The notes beneath the pieces are model-generated. The model made no database searches and was not told where the DNA came from. It worked only from the letters and a program-made list of their open reading frames with translations. DNA of 64,000 nt from Rhodothermales bacterium (lineage in GTDB: Bacteria; Bacteroidota; Rhodothermia; Rhodothermales; Bin80). Position numbers and translations under genes: made by a program. Location of the stretch: positions 3,047,998-3,111,997 of the forward strand of contig OZ244857.1 in assembly GCA_965220935.1 (NCBI GenBank), given 5' to 3'. Numbering within the stretch: the stretch's first letter is position 1; each line of letters opens with the position of its first letter. Positions 19,561 through 28,266 of this stretch are shown piece by piece.

Positions 19561-20729
19561 TTGTCATTCGTATTGAGATTTCTCCATCTCTGGTATATAT
19601 CCCATACCATTGATTAAAGTCATCCTTATTCTGTGGGATTTGATCTTTATCCCACCCAGAATTGTCCGTCCACTGATCTCCATTGGTGGATGTATATAAC
19701 GCAATAAGACTCTCGTGAATTGCCCTTGCAGAAGTACCAATAGTGATATTGAAATAAAGGGATATCGTATTTAAGTTAGAATCCCGTACTGTATAGATAT
19801 ATTCAGAATGTCTCGTACTAGTTGTTGGTATACCCGAAAGAGTTCTTGTACTGGGATCAAAACTTAATCCTTCAGGCAACTCGGGAGAGATCGTGTATGT
19901 TAATGGTTTTTGTCCACCAATTAACTCAGGCAATTGAATTTCAAAGGACACACCTAAAGAAAGATCCAGAGTTTCAATAGGAGCAGTGAATGTAAATGTT
20001 TCAATTTGGTTAGTATTGATTGCCCATACACCCCGACCATGTGTTCCTAGTATGATCTCATCATCTCGGATTTTCATTTGCCAAATAGCAACGGGAGGCA
20101 GGCCGTCATCAACATAATGCCAAGACTGACCACGATCTGTGGATCGAAATAGACCAATTTCTGTTCCAACCCAGAGTGTATTTGGTGCGTGGGGCATGAC
20201 GATCATATCGTATACAGCTACATCTGGAAACCCATTATTACTTTCGTGATTATTTCCAAATCCTGATAAATCAGTCCAGGTCTCTCCGTAGTCTCAAGTC
20301 TCTATAATCTTTGGATGATTGGGGGCGGAAAAGAGTGCATATGCGGTGGCAGGCTCATGAGGATGGGTAGCCAAACCAGATGCAACATAGCTCAACTTAA
20401 ATTTTTTCAGCTCTGGAATTTGAGAATAAGAGTTTCCACGATCTTTTGATTTATAGCCCTGGCCTGTTTCTGATCCACAAAGAATCCAAATTACCGATGG
20501 ATTTGCCTTAGAAACTTCAATTTTAGTGTAACTTCTGCAGGTCAAATTCAAAGGAGTATGATACCAAGTATCTCCAAAATCTCGAGAGTAATAGACTCCA
20601 TCTGACTTCGTAGTGTATACTTCATTAGGAGACAGATCACTACTTGCCAAATTCGTAAAGAACTGGCCGTTCTCTGTATCCCGGGACATTACTGGTGAAA
20701 ATGAATGATCACCATCAGTACTTTTATAG

Positions 20730-22125
20730 GGGAATTATATACGTGAGTAACCATCTATTAGACGACTACCTGTTGCGTATCCATTTCACGGATCATAGGA
20801 GTTCCTAACGGAAACGCTCCTCCACGTGCAGATGCCCCAATCCCGGAGGCCTGTAATACATTCGCAGATGCATTGATATCTGCGTGATCCGTATGGCCAC
20901 ATGCCATACACTCAAATTTACTTTGTGTCTTACGGTTGACTTTATCTGTATGACCACACTGGTTACAGCGTTGACTGGTATACTTCGGATCAACAAGAAT
21001 CACGTTGCCGAACTTGTAATCGCAATAAGTATTGAACCGCCCCCATCCAGCGTTCTGTATGACGCGGTTCAACCCCGCCTTCGCCCTCACATTGGTTCCA
21101 GGGTTCTCAACCGTGCCCTTAGCGGACTTGGACATGTTCTTGATCTTCAAGTCTTCACGTTTCAACGTATACGCCTTATTGGACAATCTACGGCTATGTT
21201 GATGTGCCGCATTCGTTCTGCAATTCTTCTGTTTTCGCTTCCACTTGTTGATTTTTCGCAAGGATCTACCAGATCCTTTCTGCTGTCGGGCTAACTTTCT
21301 TTGCCACCGACGAATCTTAATCTCCTTATCCGTTAAGTCAGGGATCGGTAACATGCCCTGTTCACCATCCGTTGAGGAATAAGAAATGTTATAGGTATTC
21401 AAGTCAATGCCAATCTCTTTGCCATCGTCCACCTTCTCTGGTAGATTAGTGACTTTGTAAATTACGCTCATCTTCCAGTACCGTCCGTCTTTCTTCACGG
21501 TGACTTCAATCGGCTCACCGTCTGGATAAGGATTACCTCCTTTCCTACGAAACTTCACCCAGCCAATCTTCTGGATATAGACATCATTCCCTCGGATCTT
21601 AAACAATCCTTTGGTCGCCGTAAACGAATTGTGTTGAAACCGATTATGGAACGTAGGATGATCACGTAATCCCTTGAAGAAAGCCTGCCACGCCTCTGCC
21701 TGATGCTTTAAGGTGTTTCGTACAATGTTGGACGAATACCGATTCAACCAAGAAATGGTTGGGCGAAAAGAAGTGTATCTCCTACTTAATGACGGCCAGG
21801 TCAATTCTGGATTATCCTTATGTTCGTCTTTATAGTCCCTGTTGATTTGGTCAAGAAACGTATTCCATACAAACCTACATGCTCCACAAAGACCTGACAA
21901 GAGATGGGCTTTCCACTGCGTGCCGGGTAATAGACGATACTCTATTCCACGATAGGAACAGTTTGAACCCGAAGGGTTAGAAGCCTTTTGAACAGGCATG
22001 ATATCAAGGTTACGTTGGTGTTATGGTAAGCAATAGGGTAGACTGCGTATCTATCCTATTGTGTCTGTTAAACTTTGCCAAAATAGAATGGTTCCATTCT
22101 TTGGGTACTCACGTATATAATTCCC
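20730..22125 (-). mobile_element. IR-bounded 1396-bp element carrying only tnpB, flanked by the 8-bp TSD TTTTATAG
   Basis: The IRs are GGGAATTATATACGTGAGTAACC (20730-20752) and, as revcomp of 22103-22125, GGGAATTATATACGTGAGTACCC. The direct repeat TTTTATAG lies at 20722-20729 and 22126-22133. The host frame is restored on conceptual excision. Confidence 0.8.
20758..21999 (-). CDS. tnpB: TnpB-type RNA-guided endonuclease (OrfB_IS605 / OrfB zinc-ribbon family), apparently intact
   Basis: The RuvC triad candidates are GIDLN, LKREDLKIKNM and HADINASANV. The zinc ribbon is CNQCGHTD...CMACGHTD. The N-terminus YRLLPGTQ...CGACRFVWN is TnpB-like. Confidence 0.85.
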   Translation of the reverse strand: MPVQKASNPSGSNCSYRGIEYRLLPGTQWKAHLLSGLCGACRFVWNTFLDQINRDYKDEHKDNPELTWPSLSRRYTSFRPTISWLNRYSSNIVRNTLKHQAEAWQAFFKGLRDHPTFHNRFQHNSFTATKGLFKIRGNDVYIQKIGWVKFRRKGGNPYPDGEPIEVTVKKDGRYWKMSVIYKVTNLPEKVDDGKEIGIDLNTYNISYSSTDGEQGMLPIPDLTDKEIKIRRWQRKLARQQKGSGRSLRKINKWKRKQKNCRTNAAHQHSRRLSNKAYTLKREDLKIKNMSKSAKGTVENPGTNVRAKAGLNRVIQNAGWGRFNTYCDYKFGNVILVDPKYTSQRCNQCGHTDKVNRKTQSKFECMACGHTDHADINASANVLQASGIGASARGGAFPLGTPMIREMDTQQVVV

Positions 22126-23385
22126 TTTTATAGATTCCAGAGTATTGAGTCGTTCCAAGTACCAGATCAGAATTGGTTTTATGCCAGACTGCATCAAATC
22201 CGTCGCCTCCTATGACATGTTCCCAATAACTATCAGATTCTGGATCATGTTGGGACAGGGAGGTTCCATTATCCTGAGTTCCACCAATATATATAGATTC
22301 GCCAGGCTTCTTTGCGATTCCATAAAATTGAGATGTATTATAGCCAGAATTGTTCCTATCCAATTCATCAAAATATCGTCCCTTGTTTTCAGAAATTGCC
22401 ACCCCTCCGTCATTTGTATTAAATATCCAAAACTTCTCATTGAGAGAGTCTACTACAAATGGTTGAATAACATGGTGATCAACATGGGCTGCTTGATCAA
22501 CATTAACTCCCCAATCTATAATACGTGTGGGCGACCCATTATGCGAGTCTGTAACGATAATACGATTCATGGTTACACCCCCAACGAGCACTATATTCGG
22601 ATCAAAAGGATGAACAGCAAGACAGTTATTATGATATCCTTGTTGTCGCATCCAATTAACAGGCTCGGATGACCGATCAATTGTTAAGATCCAACTTTTC
22701 CCTGCATCATAACTTTTGTAAAGATTCGAAATCCTATCTTGGTATACCGCTGCGTAGGCAATCTGTGGATTCGAAGGTGAAAAAGCTAATTCTGCACGGT
22801 GCACCGAATGTCCAAATGGATCGTGCACTCTCGTCCAATTGAGTCCACCATCAACGGAATAGTATGAGTGATTATGAAATCTACCTGATGCTGCAATTTG
22901 CATATTAAAATTATCAGGCTGCGAAAGTAAGCTAACAATCTCTGCCCGCCATCCACAGCACACACGAGTCCAAGTAGATCCGCCATCTTGCGTACGAAAT
23001 ACCCTCTGTTGGTACCTGCAATTACCACATTTGGGTCACTTGGATCAACTAATAGTCGATATACATCTTGAAAGTTTTTGTTTCCAAACGTTGATTGTAA
23101 ATGCTCCCATCTTACTCCTCGATCGCTGGTTCGAAAAATTCCATAACCAAAACTAGAAAAATCCTCTCCCCAAGCCGACCCGCCTGTGCCAAGATACATT
23201 AGGAATTATATACGTGAGTAACCAAACTTTAGAAAGGGCTTCCCCAGCGCCATAATTAGCTGTTTTTTTATTTTTTCTTGAGCGTTCTCGGGGGTGTGTT
23301 CATGATGATCTTCGCAAAGTCCCCCGGATGCATTGGGATATATCCACTAAGGCTACTCAGATCCTTTGGAGGCCGACCGCGCGGC

Positions 23386-24184
23386 TTACTGGCTTTCTTC
23401 TTGGGGGGTGCAGGTTTCGGTTTGTTGGTTGAGTTCATAATATTTGAATCTCTTGAAATAATTATCTATCTCATCTTGCATATCTATTCCAGCTCTTCGA
23501 AAAGAATTTAACAGGTTTTGGTATGCGTTTTCTCCGCCGAGAAAATTCCAAAATTCCTCAGCGACCTTTATTTCAGCATCCAAATCAATCATTCCAGCCA
23601 TTGTCCACCGTTCATATGGTTTGGGATCATAGGGGTTATAAGGGATGGCAAGGTAAGATTGAACTTTTGCATCTGGATTTTTATATAGAAACCCACTCCA
23701 AAAGAGTTCGCTTAAAATCCTTGAAATTACTCTTATTGGGTTTGACTGTTTTGAGATCAAATAAGTGGAATACTCCATAATGATCTTGGACGGCCAAGTC
23801 AACCTTTACAGGCTTTGATGTGACAATTTCCCCCTGTGTGCAAACCGATCTGATTCTCTCAATCTCCTTGTTTTTATTGGGATTGGCTCCACCAGATAAG
23901 GTATCAATAATTTCTTGGATTACGGATTGTGCCTCTTTCGAAATATGTTCCCCAACAATATATTGCTCTTTGACAAAGGGGAAATGAGGTGTAGCAAGAG
24001 CTTCAGCAGCTGGTTGGAATATTGAAGTTCCAAATGTAGTGTTAAGAGAATGAATAAAAGAAAAAAGTGCCATCCTATCCTCACCTAACAATCTGTGATG
24101 AAATGGTTTATGCTTGGTCTTAGGTTTATATGATGCAAATTTCTTCCGTAAACTCTTCTTAATAATGTCTTCAATGTTTGTCAT
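23386..24184 (-). pseudogene. Type II restriction endonuclease (TdeIII-like by recollection) with one frameshift
   Basis: Track ORFs 23681..24184 and 23386..23802 are two frames of one gene. The join is at ..FKRTLLEWVSI* / ..YKNPDAKVQSYLAIPYNPYDPKPYERW within tctatataaaaatcc (~23690-23705). A D...DLK pattern is present (KVDLAV...LFDLKTVKPN). The gene starts 9 nt after the MTase stop. Confidence 0.55.
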
Positions 24185-24193
24185 GATATCCTA

Positions 24194-25822
24194 TCAACGC
24201 ATATGGAATATAGTCTCTGAATACGCGGCTTTATCCTTTTCTGTTCGATTGAGAACTGGTCGCTTATACTTATTCAGTATTTCCATTCCAGCCAACTTTG
24301 CAATTTCGGGATAAAGTTCGTACTTATCATTTGCGACTAAAAATACGTTGTAATTATCTGAAAAATATTTTTTGCAATTTAGCAAGACAGTAGATATAGA
24401 TTCAACATAGGTTTTTCTGGCCATCATTCCCTGTCCTTGAGAGAGTGGGCCTATTTCTTTTTCGTCACTTCGAGGATAGTTGAAAAGTTCATAGGCGTAT
24501 GCGTGTTGTTCATGATAATCAATTAGGCCAACATAGGGAGGACTTGTAAATATCCCCTGTATTCCCCGGTCATGAATTAAATCTTTGAATTGTTTATGTT
24601 TACTCCCAAGTGCATTTACTATATCAACATTTCTGGAATCTCCTTGTAAGCAATGTTGGTAGGTATGGGTTCTGATTCTATCAAATGAATGTAGGCGTGT
24701 TAAAGTATCTTGACTATATCTTTTCCACCATGATCTCACTGAAAATAGAGGCTTACATATTTTCCCATGTTTTCTGCAATAATACGGAGCAGTCACGGGT
24801 TTCTTTAATGTAGCTAAATCAGAATGCCTTGTAGCACGGCAGGAGCGAACAGTTCGACTCAGAATGACTTCCAGTACTTTTCTGGTATTTAGACAATTAA
24901 CTTTTTCTATCTGAGTAAAAAGAAAATCTATCTCAGACAGAACTGGAGCTAAACACCATTTACATAGATACTCACGTGTATCTGTAAAATTATCATTTTG
25001 AATCTTAACTTGATATTTACTGATCAAGTCATTATAGATAGATAATATTTCCTTTTCTCGATCAACTGAGTATGCTTTTTCATCAATCTTTCCTGTACGA
25101 ATCAGTCTCTTAAATTCTGGCGATGGGTAGTGCAGCTTGTTAAACCCCTTTAAGACATCTGATAGCTCTAATTCAAATTTCACATTGCACTCATCAATTC
25201 CATGCTGAAAAAACAGTGAACTTATTCGATCAATTTCACTGCTCAATTTGACTATGTTATGCTTTGAAGTTTTGACGTTTGCTATGAGAGTGTTAAATAC
25301 TGATACATCAAGTCCAATAGCATGAATCCCCATCTCATTTGCTTGTACAAGTGTTGTACCGCTTCCACAAAATGGATCTAATACAATATCTCCCTCGCAA
25401 AAAAAGACTTCTTTTTTGTACTTATCAGTCTTTTGATCAAGAAAATACTCAACTAATTGTGGAATGAACTTCCCTTTGTAAGGATGAAGTCTATGTACGT
25501 GTTTAGTTGTGTCTTTTTCTCTAAGTGAGTCAAATGAAAGCCTCCAATTCAAATCCTGACCCAACTTGGATTTCCATTCAGATTCCTTGGAATCAACCTG
25601 ATCTTGATAATAATGTGCTAAATCTGCTAAACTTACATAAGTAGCCCTCTCGACAACGTATTTTTTGACACGGCCGTATTGCACCAAGTAAGATATGTTT
25701 GCAGGCGTGATTTCCCTTTTCAGGAATTTTGATGCCCATGAACTTGCTTGTTTAAGATCAACTAAATCTGATTTGTCCTTATTGGATTCAAAAAGAGAAG
25801 GAAGCATAGGATAAGGGTTCAT
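24194..25822 (-). CDS. N6-adenine/N4-cytosine DNA methyltransferase, alpha-like motif order (I ... TRD ... IV)
   Basis: Motif I is VLDPFCGSGTTLVQANEMG and motif IV is IFTSPPYVGLIDY, about 270 aa later. Its ATG overlaps the transposase stop (ATATGA at 25819-25824). Confidence 0.8.
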   Translation of the reverse strand: MNPYPMLPSLFESNKDKSDLVDLKQASSWASKFLKREITPANISYLVQYGRVKKYVVERATYVSLADLAHYYQDQVDSKESEWKSKLGQDLNWRLSFDSLREKDTTKHVHRLHPYKGKFIPQLVEYFLDQKTDKYKKEVFFCEGDIVLDPFCGSGTTLVQANEMGIHAIGLDVSVFNTLIANVKTSKHNIVKLSSEIDRISSLFFQHGIDECNVKFELELSDVLKGFNKLHYPSPEFKRLIRTGKIDEKAYSVDREKEILSIYNDLISKYQVKIQNDNFTDTREYLCKWCLAPVLSEIDFLFTQIEKVNCLNTRKVLEVILSRTVRSCRATRHSDLATLKKPVTAPYYCRKHGKICKPLFSVRSWWKRYSQDTLTRLHSFDRIRTHTYQHCLQGDSRNVDIVNALGSKHKQFKDLIHDRGIQGIFTSPPYVGLIDYHEQHAYAYELFNYPRSDEKEIGPLSQGQGMMARKTYVESISTVLLNCKKYFSDNYNVFLVANDKYELYPEIAKLAGMEILNKYKRPVLNRTEKDKAAYSETIFHMR

Positions 25823-26811
25823 ATTGCCCTTGAACCCCGTTTCGTTTTGCGTGTGAGTTGCTTGTAGGTGATCTCTTTATCAAACAACCCCTTCGCGGTC
25901 AATTCCATCTGCTTGATGGTGTCATATTCTCTGATATTATGCCGACCAGTAAACTCATTCACGTAGCGCTGTAAATGCTTGGGAGACATTCTGTGATACG
26001 TGCCATAGTAGCCACGCTTCAACAACGACCAGAAACTCTCCATGCCGTTGATATGGTCATCTCCGTCTACATATTCTTTAACCGAGTGCTTCACCGTTTT
26101 ATGCGCTGCCCTTTTGAGCGCTTGGTATCCTCTGAAATCATCTGTATAAGTTACAGCATCTTCCTTTGACGTACTGTTTACAAACTCTGCAAGGGTCTCG
26201 CCAGTCGTATCTGTAACTACTTTGGCTTGTACCTGCTTTGTCCCTCTATCCCTTGTTCCTACCACAGTCGTCTTGCCAACAGGCCCTCTACCTGTGCCTT
26301 CTAATTCCTTTCTCTTAGCATTACTCATATTCTTGCGCTTCCCGCCCACATAAGTTTCGTCTATCTCTACTTGGCCAAGAAACATCTTCATATCCTCTCT
26401 CCAGCTCTCACGGATCCGATGCGCCAGATACCAAGAACTCTTCTGCGTTATATTCAGATCACGGTGCATTTTCATACTGGACGCTCCCTTGATCCCTACA
26501 TTGAGAATATAGATTGCCAGTACCCAAATCTGATAATCCATTTTGGTATCTTCCATAACCGTTCCAACTCTCACACTGAAGAATTTACGACATTTTGGGT
26601 TTCTGCACCGGTAGTTCATGGAAGGATGCTTTGCGCCGACCTGAACATTGGTGCAACCACAATGAGGGCAAGTTGGAGTATTACCCCAGCGCTTCTTTGC
26701 AAACCACTTTTCAGCCGACTCACTATCAGGAAACATCTTCAAGAGTTTCACCCAAGAGATACCCGCCCGGTGGTATTGACCTGGTCCTGTCCGTTTCTTT
26801 GATTCTGACAT
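25819..26811 (-). CDS. IS1595-family DDE transposase (zinc-ribbon + ISXO2-like DDE domain), apparently intact
   Basis: It has the N-terminal Zn ribbon CPHCGCTN...CRNPKCRKFFSVRVGT. The catalytic-region motifs are VEIDETYVGG, TYTDDFRGYQAL and HINGMESFWSLLKR. Confidence 0.85.
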   Translation of the reverse strand: MSESKKRTGPGQYHRAGISWVKLLKMFPDSESAEKWFAKKRWGNTPTCPHCGCTNVQVGAKHPSMNYRCRNPKCRKFFSVRVGTVMEDTKMDYQIWVLAIYILNVGIKGASSMKMHRDLNITQKSSWYLAHRIRESWREDMKMFLGQVEIDETYVGGKRKNMSNAKRKELEGTGRGPVGKTTVVGTRDRGTKQVQAKVVTDTTGETLAEFVNSTSKEDAVTYTDDFRGYQALKRAAHKTVKHSVKEYVDGDDHINGMESFWSLLKRGYYGTYHRMSPKHLQRYVNEFTGRHNIREYDTIKQMELTAKGLFDKEITYKQLTRKTKRGSRAI

Positions 26812-26892
26812 TGTAAGTATGTGTTTGAATTAAATCCTTATGCGGACTTGGTTACTCAAAGTTCCAAAAATACATAGAATTTCTAAAATAAA

Positions 26893-27498
26893 TTAGGCGG
26901 GCGATTGCTGAACTTTGTTTTGACGAACTTTCGTTTTATTTGCATTGTAGTCGTCCAATTTTATCCATTTTATTGGAGACAAAAAAGGAGATAAAACTCC
27001 CCACTGCGCAAACATCTTTTGAACCCAATTTACATGCCACACCTCTTCCGTATATCCAAGAGATTCACAAAGCTCATTATGACTTATAATACTGGCAACC
27101 TCTAAGTCTGGTGGAGAATCTTGATCTATTTCCAGCCTTAATGCAAGAAAATGTTCAGCCATAGATTCGTCTTTCTTCTTTGATGTTGTCATTTTCATAT
27201 CTAAACGAATAAAATGCTTTGTCAAGATGTCATGAATTGCTGCCATTTTTCCGGGTTTATAGATCAAGTCCAGTGTAGAAATTAGAATAATTAGTACTGG
27301 AAAAACAAACTTATAAAATTCACCTTCTTGCGAAAATAAATAGCCAGAAATAGCTGTTAATACAATTATTAACAACGAAGTTACTTTAGAAAAAAACTCA
27401 TAATACCTTTGACGTGCACTATTGTATCTGGCTAATCTTTGAACATCAAATTGTACATCATCAAAATCTACATTTGAGCGATCCTTGAGTAGTGTCAT
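26893..27498 (-). CDS. Two-TM membrane protein, SLATT-like (tentative)
   Basis: An N-terminal helix (RLARYNSARQRYYEFF) is followed by two TM helices (VTSLLIIVLTAISGYLF, FVFPVLIILISTLDLIY) and a soluble tail. The layout resembles SLATT 2-TM effector domains from memory. Confidence 0.4.
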   Translation of the reverse strand: MTLLKDRSNVDFDDVQFDVQRLARYNSARQRYYEFFSKVTSLLIIVLTAISGYLFSQEGEFYKFVFPVLIILISTLDLIYKPGKMAAIHDILTKHFIRLDMKMTTSKKKDESMAEHFLALRLEIDQDSPPDLEVASIISHNELCESLGYTEEVWHVNWVQKMFAQWGVLSPFLSPIKWIKLDDYNANKTKVRQNKVQQSPA

Positions 27499-28266
27499 TT
27501 TTTAGGAGGCGGTTTTGGAGCAGGGTTATATTTTTGTCCAGATCCAGATCCTTTCCTTGTTCGAGTAGGGTTGCTTGGCCGATCTGGCTTAGGCTGTTTC
27601 CCCTTCTTGTTATTTTGTTGTTTTGCAATTACCAAACAACTAAATAACAATTAAATCCATTTACCGAAAGTTTGGTTACTCACGTATATAATTCCCATAC
27701 ATTACATCATGATTACTCTCGGCCATGGCTAACTACTCACATTCAAAGAGGGGAAATGATCGGTCTGAGGCTTCCAAGACCTGCCTCCGTCAGTGGTTTT
27801 CCACAATCCACCCGATACAGAACCTGCCCATATGGTCTCAAGCGTTGGGTCATCAGGATCAACAATCAGTGCTCGCGTTCGGCCTCCTACATTTCCAGGA
27901 CCGCGCTCAACCCAATTAAGTGGTTTAGAAGTTTTAGCCTGACTTAATGCCTTATTGAATTCTATGACTTGGTAGCCAATCGGGTACTCATTGCCACCAT
28001 TGATAGGTTGCCGAATAAGACGGTGGTATTCGGCATATTTATCGGGGTTGCCTTCCTCATTATCAAACAATTCATCCTCAGGAAGATGAGGTTTGTTATT
28101 AGATACAGACCAGATGGCAATCATTAGAAGGAAAATCACACCAGCCGCAATTGCGATGTGAATTGAACCCCGATTATTGAACATCACCAAAAACTACCAA
28201 ACAAATCTAATGCGGAAGTTCAAAAACCATCATCCGGCGATAACAATAAAACCACAGACGATGGCG

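Larger units (their letters stand above)
23202..27696 (-). mobile_element. 4.5-kb IS1595-family transposon with passenger genes (R-M operon, 2-TM protein), flanked by the 8-bp TSD ATACATTA
   Basis: The IRs are GGAATTATATACGTGAGTAACCAAACTTT (23202-23230) and, as revcomp of 27666-27696, GGGAATTATATACGTGAGTAACCAAACTTTC. The direct repeat ATACATTA lies at 23194-23201 and 27697-27704. The host frame ..AESNHDVMY|LGTGGSAWGE.. is restored on excision. The interior is visibly more AT-rich than the flanks. Confidence 0.8.
17957..28190 (-). pseudogene. Giant T9SS surface protein gene (BNR/Asp-box beta-propeller + cadherin-like Ig + ~15 LRR + T9SS CTD), disrupted
   Basis: Track ORFs 27729..28190, 22786..23199, 22109..22963, 20294..20689, 19481..20206 and 17957..19480 join into one protein once the two IS elements are removed. 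There are at least 10 Asp-boxes (TTDGGRSW, TQDGGSTW, SVDGGLNW, SYDAGKSW, SRDFGDTW, STDRGQSW...). The tail is NYPNPFNRSTKLRVDL.... Lesions are the IS at 20730-22125, the IS at 23202-27696, frameshifts near 27730 and 23005, an in-frame TGA at 20294-20296 and an in-frame TAG at 19478-19480. Confidence 0.7.

Noticed and set aside
19478-20296. In-frame TGA and TAG as possible selenocysteine, pyrrolysine or genetic-code reassignment.
   Set aside because: The same gene has two IS insertions and frameshifts. Other genes in the window terminate with TGA and TAG normally (for example the IS1595-type transposase with TGA and pilus subunit copy B with TAG). No SECIS-like context was evident.
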